Origin: a virus | Lineage: Duplodnaviria > Caudoviricetes | Reading direction: 5' to 3' (one strand) | DNA length: 57,334 nt | IMG/VR virus record: IMGVR_UViG_3300011335_000748 | Coordinates: 1-57,334 of that record | Shown: piece by piece, positions 34,671 through 43,893 of the stretch | Numbering within the stretch: the first letter of the stretch is position 1 | How the letters are laid out: each line of letters opens with the position of its first letter | The notes under the pieces: generated by a model | What the model saw: only the letters and a program-made list of their open reading frames with translations | What the model was told of the DNA's origin: nothing | Database searches by the model: none | Translations under genes and position numbers: made by a program

Positions 34671-36656
34671 ATGGTGGACAAAGCCCAGTACTTCAAGTCT
34701 CTCGAAGAACGCTACGGCTTGCCCGAGGGATACCTTGGTAGGACCGAGTCCATCGAAAGTCAGGGAAATATCCGGGCTTACAACAAGAACTCCGGAGCGG
34801 CTGGCCCGTTCCAGTTCATCCCTAAAAGTCAAAAAGAATTTAATCTTAAAGACCCCTACAGCTTGGAAGAGTCCGCTGACGCTGCTGCCCGCATGGCAGC
34901 GCGGAACAAGATCTCTTTGCAACGGCAGGGTATCGAGAACCCCACAGCTGCCGATCTGTATGCTGCCCATCAGCAAGGTGCTAAAGGGTATGTTGATCTT
35001 TTGCGGGCCGGGGATCAACCCGCGTCGAAGGTTGTTGGGGAAGACGCTGTCGTGTGGAACGGTGGCAAGCCCAACATGTCTGCTACCGAGTTTGCAAACA
35101 AGATCACCAGCAAGTTTTCCGGTGGGTCCCCCTCCCAACCAAAGGTTCCAGAGCAGACGGCTACGGGGATATTTGCAAAACCCAACGTCGACGTTGCCGA
35201 AACGCCAGAGCAGACCGCCGCCCTTGAAGGACAGCAAGCAGCCCTGTCAACGCAGGATGTCTTGGATACCTCTAACGCTTCGGCTGGTCGCTCAGGTAGT
35301 GGTCTGAGGGAGCTTGGATTTCTCCATAACTACTTCAAATCCCTCGATACCAGCGCAACAGGCGTGAAGCCTTTATCTGTTCCTGATTTATTCCACCAGC
35401 CAAAGTACAAGCACGGTGGTATCGTTTCCCTGAAGGAAGATGCCAAGCGGGTTCGTGCTGCCGGGATTAATGGAGACACCGTTCTTGCTCACATTACCCC
35501 AAGCGAAGCAGCTCTGCTGAAGTCAATGGGTGGTTCCGGTCGCATTAACCCGCGTACTGGGCTCCCCATGTTTTTTGATGCCAATGATTCGGGTAATGCT
35601 GACGGTAGCCCGGGGGACAACCAAGGTACATCTGTCGGAGAGACTACAAATGAAAGCGGTCCTCAAAGTAGCGCAGACCCGGGAATCGGTGGTACGGGTG
35701 AGCAAGGACCGGGTATTGGCCTTAATGATTCTTTTGGCTGGGGTTCCTCGGTGTCCAATGCCCTTGGAAATACCTCCATGGGGTCGTTTGGGCTTAATGG
35801 GATAACCTCCGAGATTTCTACTCCCGGAACGTCAACCCCTGCCAGTGGCAAAGGGATGGACCCCGGTGCTACTCCCGGATACGAAGGTCCGGGGACATCC
35901 GTCCAAGGCGCAGTATTTGACGGTTTATCCCCCACCATTGATCTTGGCCCAGACTTCTCTACCGCCAATTCTCTTCTCGCTGACCCCGGCGTTACGTCTC
36001 TTTCCTATGATAAAGTTGGAGCACTGACTAACCCTGCCGTTACATATGACCCGGCATCACTGACTACGGCCTCGCAAAAGGCTGTTGATAAAGCTTTGGC
36101 TGGACTGGTAGAAAGTCCTGCGGCAATTGGAGTAAATCCTTCAACGACCCCAACCTCTGCCGTCTCCCCCTCTACTCCTGCATCCTCTACCCCTGCATCC
36201 TCTACCCCTGCATCCTCAACAGTTTCAAATTTAGTTGGCGACTTTTTGTCCGGCATCACCTCTAATGTTAACTCAGTTACTAATGCGGTATCTTCTGTCT
36301 TCGGAGGGGGGAACACAAAGGGATCTCCCGCTGGAGATGCCAGTGGAGGATTTGGCGGTGGCGTAAATCCAGACCCATCAACACCCGATCAAGTTGGCGG
36401 TAATGAAGGCGGCGGAGGCGGCAACAGCGGCGGCGGAGTTGCACCCGTAACTACACCCACTACTCCCGTAGAGTCCCCCATAAAATACGACGTATCAAAA
36501 TTCTTAGGGGATGTAGGCAAAACAACGTATACTACACCCGCCTCTGTCTACACATCGTACCCCGTTGGTCAGGGCATTGGAACGCTTAACCCCAATGCCC
36601 CGAAATACACGGGCAGCTTCTATGACCCAACTTTCGGAAAAGTCCTCTATCAGTAA
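34671..36656 (+). CDS. Virion protein with N-terminal lytic transglycosylase-like domain and long G/S/T/P-rich tail
   Basis: IESQGN..AAGPFQF..LYAAHQQG; GDTVLAHITPSEAALLK module; low-complexity C-terminal half. Confidence 0.7.
   Translation: MVDKAQYFKSLEERYGLPEGYLGRTESIESQGNIRAYNKNSGAAGPFQFIPKSQKEFNLKDPYSLEESADAAARMAARNKISLQRQGIENPTAADLYAAHQQGAKGYVDLLRAGDQPASKVVGEDAVVWNGGKPNMSATEFANKITSKFSGGSPSQPKVPEQTATGIFAKPNVDVAETPEQTAALEGQQAALSTQDVLDTSNASAGRSGSGLRELGFLHNYFKSLDTSATGVKPLSVPDLFHQPKYKHGGIVSLKEDAKRVRAAGINGDTVLAHITPSEAALLKSMGGSGRINPRTGLPMFFDANDSGNADGSPGDNQGTSVGETTNESGPQSSADPGIGGTGEQGPGIGLNDSFGWGSSVSNALGNTSMGSFGLNGITSEISTPGTSTPASGKGMDPGATPGYEGPGTSVQGAVFDGLSPTIDLGPDFSTANSLLADPGVTSLSYDKVGALTNPAVTYDPASLTTASQKAVDKALAGLVESPAAIGVNPSTTPTSAVSPSTPASSTPASSTPASSTVSNLVGDFLSGITSNVNSVTNAVSSVFGGGNTKGSPAGDASGGFGGGVNPDPSTPDQVGGNEGGGGGNSGGGVAPVTTPTTPVESPIKYDVSKFLGDVGKTTYTTPASVYTSYPVGQGIGTLNPNAPKYTGSFYDPTFGKVLYQ
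36169..36220 (+). repeat. 15-bp tandem repeat (3.5 copies, encodes STPAS)
   Basis: CCTCTACYCCTGCAT three times plus a partial copy. Confidence 0.85.
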
Positions 36657-36666
36657 GGATCTAACA

Positions 36667-36861
36667 ATGAAAAAAGCCTCACCTATCACCACCACAACCC
36701 AGCTTGACGTTCCTATTACTCACGATTTGGAAATCGTCAATCAGGGGTCTATTCCTTACAAGCGTCAGGAAGCGTCTCCCATAACCCCTGCCCCTAAAGG
36801 TCGTCAGGAAGCTCGCGGCTTTGGCTTGATGATGCGTCCGGTCAAGTATCTCGTACGGTAA
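36667..36861 (+). CDS. Small hypothetical protein
   Basis: AAGGA RBS; C-terminal ARGFG motif. Confidence 0.55.
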   Translation: MKKASPITTTTQLDVPITHDLEIVNQGSIPYKRQEASPITPAPKGRQEARGFGLMMRPVKYLVR

Positions 36862-36866
36862 CCACC

Positions 36867-37166
36867 ATGGCAAAGTCCCCCGCTTGGACCAGATCCGAGG
36901 GTAAAAACCCTTCCGGAGGATTGAACGCTAAGGGTCGTGCCTCCGCCAAAGCGCAGGGTCACAACCTGAAGCCTCCTGTTCTCAAGGGTGATAACCCTCG
37001 ACGGGCAAGCTTCCTTGCTCGGATGGGAAACATGCCCGGTCCAGAGCGCGATGAGAAGGGTAGGCCAACCCGCTTGCTGAAGTCTCTTCAAGTGTGGGGG
37101 GCTTCCTCCAAGGCCGACGCCAAGAAGAAGGCAGCGGCAATCAGCAAAAGGAACAAGGGCAAATGA
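36867..37166 (+). CDS. Basic phage protein (DUF6321-like)
   Basis: SPAW.R.EGKNP.GGLNAKGRAS..RRASFLARM..L..W. Confidence 0.7.
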   Translation: MAKSPAWTRSEGKNPSGGLNAKGRASAKAQGHNLKPPVLKGDNPRRASFLARMGNMPGPERDEKGRPTRLLKSLQVWGASSKADAKKKAAAISKRNKGK

Positions 37167-37321
37167 AAAAGCAAGTCTGGGATAAGCCTCGCCCCAAAGG
37201 GCTGGGTAAATCAAAGTCACTGTCTCCAAGTCAGAAGTCCTCCGCTAAAGCTGCGGCTAAGGCGGCGGGCCGACCCTACCCGAACCTTGTAGACAACATG
37301 CGAGCTGCGAAGAAGAAGTAA
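37163..37321 (+). CDS. Small basic phage protein
   Basis: VWDKPRPK..LSP.QK..AK..AGRPYPNLVDNM; ATGA overlap. Confidence 0.65.
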   Translation: MKKQVWDKPRPKGLGKSKSLSPSQKSSAKAAAKAAGRPYPNLVDNMRAAKKK

Positions 37322-37322
37322 C

Positions 37323-37793
37323 ATGGACCCCTTAACCGTACTTGCCCTTGCCCAAACAGCTTTCGCTGGTTTGAAAGCGGGCATAGCTGCGGGTAAAGAG
37401 ATCCAGCACATGGCAAAGGACCTCTCCGATTTGTGGGGGAGCCTTGCCAAACTGACCCAGATTGCGGCGGACCCACCTAAGCCCACCATCTTCAACCGCA
37501 AATCTGCCGAGCAGATTGCCATTGAGCGGTATACCGCTAAGGCCGAGGCACAGGACCTAGCAGCCAAAGCCAAGAATATGTTTGTTGGTCAGTTTGGACT
37601 GACAGCTTGGGATCAGGTCCAGCGTGAAGTGATTAACATTCGTAAAGAGATTGAGCGGGAAAAGTACATGGCAGAGAAGGCTCGGGCTGCAAAGATCGAA
37701 GAGCTGCGGGACGCCGCTGTCGTTACGATGATTGTGTTGGGGCTTGTGGCCCTTATTGGTTTGATTGGTGTGGCTCTATTAGTACGAGGGTGA
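37323..37793 (+). CDS. Membrane-anchored protein (possible lysis accessory)
   Basis: MDPLT..A N-terminus, coiled coil, C-terminal TM helix. Confidence 0.6.
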   Translation: MDPLTVLALAQTAFAGLKAGIAAGKEIQHMAKDLSDLWGSLAKLTQIAADPPKPTIFNRKSAEQIAIERYTAKAEAQDLAAKAKNMFVGQFGLTAWDQVQREVINIRKEIEREKYMAEKARAAKIEELRDAAVVTMIVLGLVALIGLIGVALLVRG

Positions 37794-37798
37794 AGTGA

Positions 37799-38317
37799 AT
37801 GGATCTTTCAAAAATCGGTGGCCTTTTGGGGCAAGTAGCACCCACCATAGCTACAGCTTTGGGTGGCCCTTTGGCAGGGTTAGCGGTCAAGACCATCTCG
37901 GAAGCGATGTTCGGGCATCAGGATGCAAACGAATCCGAAGTGTCAGCCGCTCTAATGGGCGCAACGCCAGAGCAGCTTCAGAAGCTGAAAGAGACAGACG
38001 CCACCTTCAAATTAAAAATGAAGGAGTTGGACATTGATCTTGAGCGTATCTCGGCAGCGGATCGTGACTCCGCCCGAAACATGCAGATCCATACTAACGA
38101 CTGGATTCCCCGTGTCCTTGCCATCATGATCACGGTTGGTTTCTTCGGCATTCTTGTTTGGATGCTGCTGAAGGGAATGCCTCCCACTGGAACCGAAGCA
38201 CTGCTGATGATGCTCGGTGCACTGGGAACGGCTTGGACTGGGGTCGTTAACTTCTATTACGGGTCATCTGCTGGGAGCAAGGCTAAGACAGAAGCCATGC
38301 AAAAACCGAAGGAGTAA
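37799..38317 (+). CDS. Putative holin
   Basis: APTIATALGGPLAG, DRDSAR.MQ, two C-terminal TM helices, FYYGSS. Confidence 0.65.
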   Translation: MDLSKIGGLLGQVAPTIATALGGPLAGLAVKTISEAMFGHQDANESEVSAALMGATPEQLQKLKETDATFKLKMKELDIDLERISAADRDSARNMQIHTNDWIPRVLAIMITVGFFGILVWMLLKGMPPTGTEALLMMLGALGTAWTGVVNFYYGSSAGSKAKTEAMQKPKE

Positions 38318-38319
38318 GT

Positions 38320-38520
38320 GTGAGCGATCTTTACATTGTTGACAGATTGTTTAAAGTAATTCGAGAGCGGCGAGACGTAGTATTAGAGGCAGTGACAAAA
38401 GGCTCTGTTTCTGATTTTGCCGCTTTCCGACACCTCCGGGGTAAACTGGAAGTGTGGGACGAAATCGAAAATGAACTGCGCCTTTTGCTAAAAAATGAAA
38501 GTGACAAAGACAATGAGTAG
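38320..38520 (+). CDS. Hypothetical protein
   Basis: GGAG RBS; directly before groES. Confidence 0.65.
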   Translation: MSDLYIVDRLFKVIRERRDVVLEAVTKGSVSDFAAFRHLRGKLEVWDEIENELRLLLKNESDKDNE

Positions 38521-39016
38521 TTTGATTCTGCCTGACCATGTTCAAAAGAAACTGAACGCCAAGGCTCCAGAGCCTGTTACCAACCCGGACCTTCTCAAGG
38601 AAGAACCCAAGGGTGCTCTAGAACAGGCCTTTGTTCTCGAAGAAGACAGGGTCCTAGACCCCACCAAAATTCCCCAATCAGCCTTAGCGCGACTCCCCCA
38701 GCCCACAGGTTGGCGACTTCTTGTGTTGCCCTACCGTGGCGCAGGAAAAACCAAGGGCGGAGTACACCTCGCTGAGGAATACGTAGAGCGTCAATCATTG
38801 GCAACCGTGGTTGCCTATGTTCTTGCTGTTGGACCAACTGCCTACAAGGATAAGGACAAGTTTCCGGATGGGCCGTGGTGCAAGCAGGGGGACTGGATCA
38901 TGCTTGGTCGGTATGCCGGGGCACGATTCCGTATCGAAGGCGGAGAAGTCCGCATCCTTAACGATGACGAGATCATCGCAACCATCTCTGATCCGGCGGA
39001 CGTTCTTAACGTCTGA
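38513..39016 (+). CDS. groES: Co-chaperonin GroES-like protein
   Basis: PTGWRLLV..KTKGGV.L..VLAVGP..GD...RYAG..ILNDDEI. Confidence 0.88.
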   Translation: MSSLILPDHVQKKLNAKAPEPVTNPDLLKEEPKGALEQAFVLEEDRVLDPTKIPQSALARLPQPTGWRLLVLPYRGAGKTKGGVHLAEEYVERQSLATVVAYVLAVGPTAYKDKDKFPDGPWCKQGDWIMLGRYAGARFRIEGGEVRILNDDEIIATISDPADVLNV

Positions 39017-39039
39017 TCAGTGCAGCAACGGAGATTGCT

Positions 39040-39948
39040 ATGAGTGAAGAAGACAAAGTGGAAGACGGCTCCGTCGAGATCACCTTAGAAGATGATGGTG
39101 ATACAAAGGACGAAGTCGAGGTTGCGGTAGAGACTAAGCCCCAACCGGAGCCCGAGCGAAAACCCGCTCGTGACGATCAGGACCTTGAGGAGCATTCCGA
39201 GAAGGTCAAGAAGCGCATTGACAAGCTGACTTTCAAGATCCGGGAAGCAGAGCGTCGCGAACAAGCGGCTCTTGATTTCGCCCGTGGCCTGAAGGGTGAG
39301 CTGGACTCTTATCGGGAAAAGGCCAATGTTTTGGACCAGACCTTGGTCCAAGAGTTTGATACCCGGATCAAGTCTCAAGAACGCTTTGCCAAGGACAAGC
39401 TGAAGCAAGCCATTGACACGGGTGACTCTGATGCTCAGATCGAAGCTCAGACCCTATTGGCAAACCTTGCCGTTGAGAATGAGCGTCTTCGTGTTTCCCG
39501 TTTGCGTCGTGAACAGGAAGAAGTAGCCGAGCGTCAGCGTTACGAGCGTGAAGCCCGTGCCCCGCAAGAGGCCCCTCGTCAGCCGCAGCCCGATCCAAAG
39601 GCTCAGGGTTGGGCAGAAAAGAACGAGTGGTTTGGTGCTGATCGTGCCATGACCGCTACGGCCTATGCGATTCACGAGGATCTCGTTTCCCGTGAGGGCT
39701 ACGATCCAACCAGCGACGAGTATTATGAGGAGCTTGACCACCGTATGCGTCAAGATTTCCCCCATAAGTTCAAAAAACCAGAGCCTGTAGAACGTCCACA
39801 GTCCCCTGTGGCCTCAGCCCGGGCTACCGCAAAACCGAGCCAACGCAAGATTTCTCTGACCCCGAGTCAGGTAAGGATTGCCAAAGCACTCAATGTTAGT
39901 TTAGAAGAGTATGCGAAGCATGCTCGTAAGCAGATGTTAGGACAATGA
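39040..39948 (+). CDS. Putative capsid scaffolding protein
   Basis: Acidic N-terminus, coiled coils, W...N.WFG.D, C-terminal LT..Q..IA..L...EEYAK. Confidence 0.7.
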   Translation: MSEEDKVEDGSVEITLEDDGDTKDEVEVAVETKPQPEPERKPARDDQDLEEHSEKVKKRIDKLTFKIREAERREQAALDFARGLKGELDSYREKANVLDQTLVQEFDTRIKSQERFAKDKLKQAIDTGDSDAQIEAQTLLANLAVENERLRVSRLRREQEEVAERQRYEREARAPQEAPRQPQPDPKAQGWAEKNEWFGADRAMTATAYAIHEDLVSREGYDPTSDEYYEELDHRMRQDFPHKFKKPEPVERPQSPVASARATAKPSQRKISLTPSQVRIAKALNVSLEEYAKHARKQMLGQ

Positions 39949-39950
39949 TT

Positions 39951-40412
39951 ATGTCAGTGGACCGCACACCTCGTTCCGAGAATGCCCGAGCCAAACAGGC
40001 TCGCCCCCAAGTTTGGAGACCCCCGTCCTCATTGGACGCACCCCCCGCACCGGAGGGTTTTAAGCACCGCTGGGTTCGTATGGAGACCAGTGGATTTGAC
40101 GATAAGAAGAACCTCCATTCTCGCTTACGCGAAGGCTTTGAACTTGTTCGCGCCGATGAATACCCGGACTACGATCTGCCCACCATCAATGACGGCAAGC
40201 ATGCCGGAGTGATTGCGGTAGGGGGATTGGTCCTAGCGCGTATTCCCATCGATCTTGTCAAGCAACGGGAAAACTACTACCGCAACCAAGCTCAACAGCA
40301 GATGGATGCGGTCGATAACGACCTAATGCGAGACCAACACTCTTCAATGCCGATCAGTAAACCAGATCGTCAAACCCGTGTAACCTTCGGTGGAAATCGT
40401 TCCGCCGGATAA
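39951..40412 (+). CDS. Conserved head-module protein
   Basis: W.PPS.LDAPP.P.G..HRWVR..LREG.E.V..GGL.LARIP. Confidence 0.65.
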   Translation: MSVDRTPRSENARAKQARPQVWRPPSSLDAPPAPEGFKHRWVRMETSGFDDKKNLHSRLREGFELVRADEYPDYDLPTINDGKHAGVIAVGGLVLARIPIDLVKQRENYYRNQAQQQMDAVDNDLMRDQHSSMPISKPDRQTRVTFGGNRSAG

Positions 40413-40430
40413 CGTCAAAGGATCTAAGCG

Positions 40431-41045
40431 ATGGCAAATATTAATGCCACTTTCGGGCTTCGCCCGTATCGTATGCTTGGAAGCGGTGCTAACACCAATG
40501 GCGACAGCACATATCTGATCCAGACCGCAGCTACTGCGGGTACGTCCAGCTCTATCTATTGCGGCGCACCCGTCATTCCGCTGACCAACGGTATGATCGA
40601 TATCCCTGCAACTGCCAATGGCGGTACAGTACCTATTCTGGGTGTCTTCCTCGGTTGTAACTACATCGATCTGACAGGCAAGCCTCGCTGGTCGCCATAT
40701 TGGCCCGGCACTTCGGCTGTCTATGCAAACTCGATTGCTACAGCAACTGTTGTTTCTAACCCTGACCAGCTGTTCTTGATCAACACAGACGCTGCTGCGG
40801 CTGACTCGATCATCCACGCAAACGCCAACTTTGCAACCGCCATCACTGGTAGTGCAATCACTGGTTCGTATGCGAAACTGGCAGTTTCGACGGTTAACAC
40901 TACCAACACTCTCAACCTCCGCATCGTTGGCTTCGAGGATACTCCTGCCAATAATGATGCAGCGGCTGCTGGTCGCTTGGCTATCGTGTTGCTCAACAAT
41001 CACTTCTATCGCTACAATGCCAATGGCACTGGCGCGGGTATCTAA
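40431..41045 (+). CDS. Capsid decoration/cement-like protein
   Basis: MAN..FGLRP start, GVF.GC.Y, beta-rich; directly before the MCP. Confidence 0.6.
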   Translation: MANINATFGLRPYRMLGSGANTNGDSTYLIQTAATAGTSSSIYCGAPVIPLTNGMIDIPATANGGTVPILGVFLGCNYIDLTGKPRWSPYWPGTSAVYANSIATATVVSNPDQLFLINTDAAAADSIIHANANFATAITGSAITGSYAKLAVSTVNTTNTLNLRIVGFEDTPANNDAAAAGRLAIVLLNNHFYRYNANGTGAGI

Positions 41046-41059
41046 GGGAGCATTGAACA

Positions 41060-41968
41060 ATGGCTATTACTCGTTCACAACTCCTCAAAGAGCTTGAGCC
41101 GGGCCTCAACGCACTCTTTGGGATGGAATATGATCGTTACGATAACGAGCATGCCGAGATCTTCGACACGGAAAATTCTGACCGTGCCTTCGAAGAAGAA
41201 GTCATGCTGGCTGGTTTCGGTCAGGCCCCTGTAAAGGGCGAAGGTGCAGCGATCACGTACGACACCGCTGGTGAATCGTACACCGCTCGCTACACCCACG
41301 ACACCATTGCTATCGCGTTTGCGATTACCGAAGAAGCTGTCGAAGATAACCTCTACGACAAACTCTCGGCCCGCTATACCCGTGCAATGGCGCGTTCGAT
41401 GTCCAACACCAAACAGGTGAAGGGAGCTTCGGTCCTCAATAATGCTTTCTCCTCGTCCTATCTGGGCGGCGACGGCGTGTCGATGATCAACAGCGCACAT
41501 CCTACCTTCGGTGGCGGTACGTTCTCGAACACCCCAACCACTCAGGCTGACTTGAACGAAACCTCGCTCGAACAGGCTCTGATTGATATTGCAGCTTTCA
41601 TCGACGAACGCGGCCTCAAAATCGCTCTTCGTGGTATGAAGCTGATTATCAACCCGGCTTTGCAGTTCACTGCCGAGCGTATCCTGAAGTCGGAACAGCG
41701 TGTCTCGACTGCCGATAACGACATCAACGCTCTGCGTTCGGGTGGTTATCTGCCGCAGGGCTTCACTGTCAACCACTTCCTGACAGACCCCGATGCGTTC
41801 TTCATCAAGACTGACGCACCAAACGGCCTGAAGCACTTCGTTCGTTCGCCAATTAAGACGGCGATGGAAGGTGACTTTGAGACGGGCAACGCTCGTTACA
41901 AGGCTCGTGAGCGTTACAGCTTCGGCTGGTCTGACCCTCGTGCGATCTACGGTTCGCAGGGTGCGTAA
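41060..41968 (+). CDS. Major capsid protein
   Basis: MAITRSQLLKELEPGLNALFG, ITEEA.EDNLY, DLNETSLE, RYKARERYSFGWSDPR; strong RBS and downstream terminator. Confidence 0.9.
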   Translation: MAITRSQLLKELEPGLNALFGMEYDRYDNEHAEIFDTENSDRAFEEEVMLAGFGQAPVKGEGAAITYDTAGESYTARYTHDTIAIAFAITEEAVEDNLYDKLSARYTRAMARSMSNTKQVKGASVLNNAFSSSYLGGDGVSMINSAHPTFGGGTFSNTPTTQADLNETSLEQALIDIAAFIDERGLKIALRGMKLIINPALQFTAERILKSEQRVSTADNDINALRSGGYLPQGFTVNHFLTDPDAFFIKTDAPNGLKHFVRSPIKTAMEGDFETGNARYKARERYSFGWSDPRAIYGSQGA

Positions 41969-41991
41969 GCACTAAGGGTTGTGACAAAATT

Positions 41992-42023
41992 AAGGGGGTT
42001 GGCCTTGTGTCAATCCCCTTTTT
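41992..42023 (+). terminator. Terminator after the MCP
   Basis: AAGGGGGTTGGC-CTTGT-GTCAATCCCCTT followed by TTT. Confidence 0.7.
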
Positions 42024-42039
42024 CATATAGGTTATATCA

Positions 42040-42112
42040 GTCCGGGATTTCCGGCTATGTTGACCGTCCCGGCGGACGCTGCACAGACAACATAGCTTAC
42101 ATCGTGCAGGAG
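42040..42112 (+). ncRNA. Candidate cis-regulatory double-pseudoknot RNA leader
   Basis: Interlocked stems CCGGGA/TCCCGG, GCTATGTTG/CAACATAGC, TGCAC/GTGCA abutting the GGAG RBS. Confidence 0.5.
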
Positions 42113-42120
42113 TATCTACG

Positions 42121-42600
42121 ATGGGTATTACCACTTTCTCTGGTCCCGTTAAAGTCGGCGACATCAAATTCACCACTGGCACAACTTTGGGCCAAGACGT
42201 AGCCAACCTCGGCACAGTCATCTCCATGCAGTCCGAAACTGTTTCTCAGGCTGGCGCAGGGGCAGATGGCGTATATACGTCTAACATCGTCATTCCCGCT
42301 GGTAGCACAATCACTTCCATCCAGTTGTTTATCACCGCTGTCTGGTCTGGCGTTTCGACAACCCTTGGTGTCGGAACTACAGGTTCAGCTACTTACCTGA
42401 CTGCGGCTGGTGCCGTGGCTGGTGGTACTCTCGGCATCATTGCCGCTACCGCTGGTGCAGATGCAACCCGTATTGGCAACTGGGCAAACGTCGGCACGAC
42501 CGATGTCCGCATCCGTCTGACCTCGACTAATACCGGCACAGGTACAGCCGTACTGGTTGTCGCTTACGCTCAGAACCCTAACGTAACCTTTGTGGTCTAA
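42121..42600 (+). CDS. Virion structural protein (decoration/spike-like)
   Basis: TTFSGPV start, IPAGS.I, G/T/A-rich beta composition. Confidence 0.6.
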   Translation: MGITTFSGPVKVGDIKFTTGTTLGQDVANLGTVISMQSETVSQAGAGADGVYTSNIVIPAGSTITSIQLFITAVWSGVSTTLGVGTTGSATYLTAAGAVAGGTLGIIAATAGADATRIGNWANVGTTDVRIRLTSTNTGTGTAVLVVAYAQNPNVTFVV

Positions 42601-42614
42601 TTTAGGGGGCCATC

Positions 42615-43013
42615 ATGGCTGATACTGTAGCAACACAACTGCTCTATGATGGCGCAAAACAAGCCATCATGAAGTTCACCAACGCCTCTGATGGTACTGG
42701 TGAGACCAACGTAAAAAAGGTCGATGTGGCCACGCTTTCCTCATACTTGGGGAAAGCGTGTTCAGGTGTCCAAATTGATCGCATCTATGGTCTGACGCAT
42801 GGGATGGAAGTCCGGCTGCTGTGGGAAGCCACCGCAAACGTGACAATCCTGACCTTCCCGCAGAACGCCGCTCAAACAATGTCGTTTGACGACTTCGGTG
42901 GGTTGGACAACAACGCCACCACGGGAAAAACGGGGAACATCCTGTTTTCAACTCTGGATGCCTCCGCAGGGGATGCTTACACAATCATCCTTGTCATGCG
43001 TAAACTCTACTGA
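42615..43013 (+). CDS. Virion structural protein
   Basis: MADTV..KFTN.SDGTGE..V.KVDV..FGGL..TG.I. Confidence 0.6.
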   Translation: MADTVATQLLYDGAKQAIMKFTNASDGTGETNVKKVDVATLSSYLGKACSGVQIDRIYGLTHGMEVRLLWEATANVTILTFPQNAAQTMSFDDFGGLDNNATTGKTGNILFSTLDASAGDAYTIILVMRKLY

Positions 43014-43028
43014 ATTGGGCTGGGTGTG

Positions 43029-43271
43029 ATGAACGTATCCATCGATCTTGTGTGGAACATGCTTCACACCCTTCTCATCATACCGATGGGCTGGGTGCTG
43101 GCGTACTTAAACAGCCAGCAAAATCAACTCTGGAAAACTATCTCGGAGACCAGAGAGAAGTACGTTACAAAGACTGAGTTTCACAGCGATTTGGCCTTGA
43201 TACACAAAAGGTTTGATCGTCTCGAAGAAAAAATAGATCGTCTCATCGCAGACCATCTTGCCAAACGCTAG
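43029..43271 (+). CDS. Small TM plus coiled-coil protein
   Basis: N-terminal TM, TRE.YVTK, RFDRLEEKIDRL. Confidence 0.6.
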   Translation: MNVSIDLVWNMLHTLLIIPMGWVLAYLNSQQNQLWKTISETREKYVTKTEFHSDLALIHKRFDRLEEKIDRLIADHLAKR

Positions 43272-43281
43272 GAGAACTACG

Positions 43282-43731
43282 ATGGCCCTCATGAAAAAAC
43301 CCGGCAAGAATGACTCCATGCCAAAGCGCATCCGTCAACGTGCCATGAACATGGCAATGGCTGATCGTGGCGGAGCCTCTATGCCTCCTGCCATGTCTAG
43401 TTCCCCCATGGCCCCACCTCCGGGGATGTCCTCTCCCATGTCAGCCCCTCCCGCCATGAAGAAGGGCGGCGCAGTCAAGGAAAAAGCCAGTGGCGAACGC
43501 TACGCCTCCAAGGCCGCGATGAAGAAGCACGAGGGCAAAGAGAGCAAGTCTATGGAGCGCAAAGAAGACAAGATGCGGGGTGGCGGCATTGCAGTTAAAG
43601 GCAAGGGCGTGGCTCTCCGTGGTGGTGGTGTCGCTACTCGCGGCATGGGCGTTGCCCTGAAGAAGGGTGGCGAAGCCAAGCGTTCCGGCCTGATGGTCAT
43701 GATTGCTGTCGGCAAGGGTAAGAAAAAATGA
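43282..43731 (+). CDS. Basic K/G/M-rich low-complexity protein with repeated xxxGG motifs
   Basis: GGAG RBS; MKKGG, MRGGG, LRGGG, LKKGG. Confidence 0.6.
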   Translation: MALMKKPGKNDSMPKRIRQRAMNMAMADRGGASMPPAMSSSPMAPPPGMSSPMSAPPAMKKGGAVKEKASGERYASKAAMKKHEGKESKSMERKEDKMRGGGIAVKGKGVALRGGGVATRGMGVALKKGGEAKRSGLMVMIAVGKGKKK

Positions 43732-43892
43732 AAAAGCCTACGAAGGCTCAGGCCAAAGTTCAAAAGGTTATGCACGAGTTCAAGACCAAGACCTTGCACA
43801 CGGGTAGCAAGAAGGGTCCTTTGGTCAAGTCTCGTAGTCAAGCAATCGCCATCGCTCTTTCTGAGGCTGGCAAGTTAAAGAAGGGTAAATGA
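43728..43892 (+). CDS. DUF6496-like small basic protein, 54 aa (not in ORF track)
   Basis: KVQKVMHEFK..LHTG..VKSRSQAIAIALSEAG. Confidence 0.75.
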   Translation: MKKPTKAQAKVQKVMHEFKTKTLHTGSKKGPLVKSRSQAIAIALSEAGKLKKGK

Positions 43893-43893
43893 C

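Noticed and set aside
41075-41836. 253-aa minus-strand ORF
   Set aside because: Antisense shadow of the major capsid gene.
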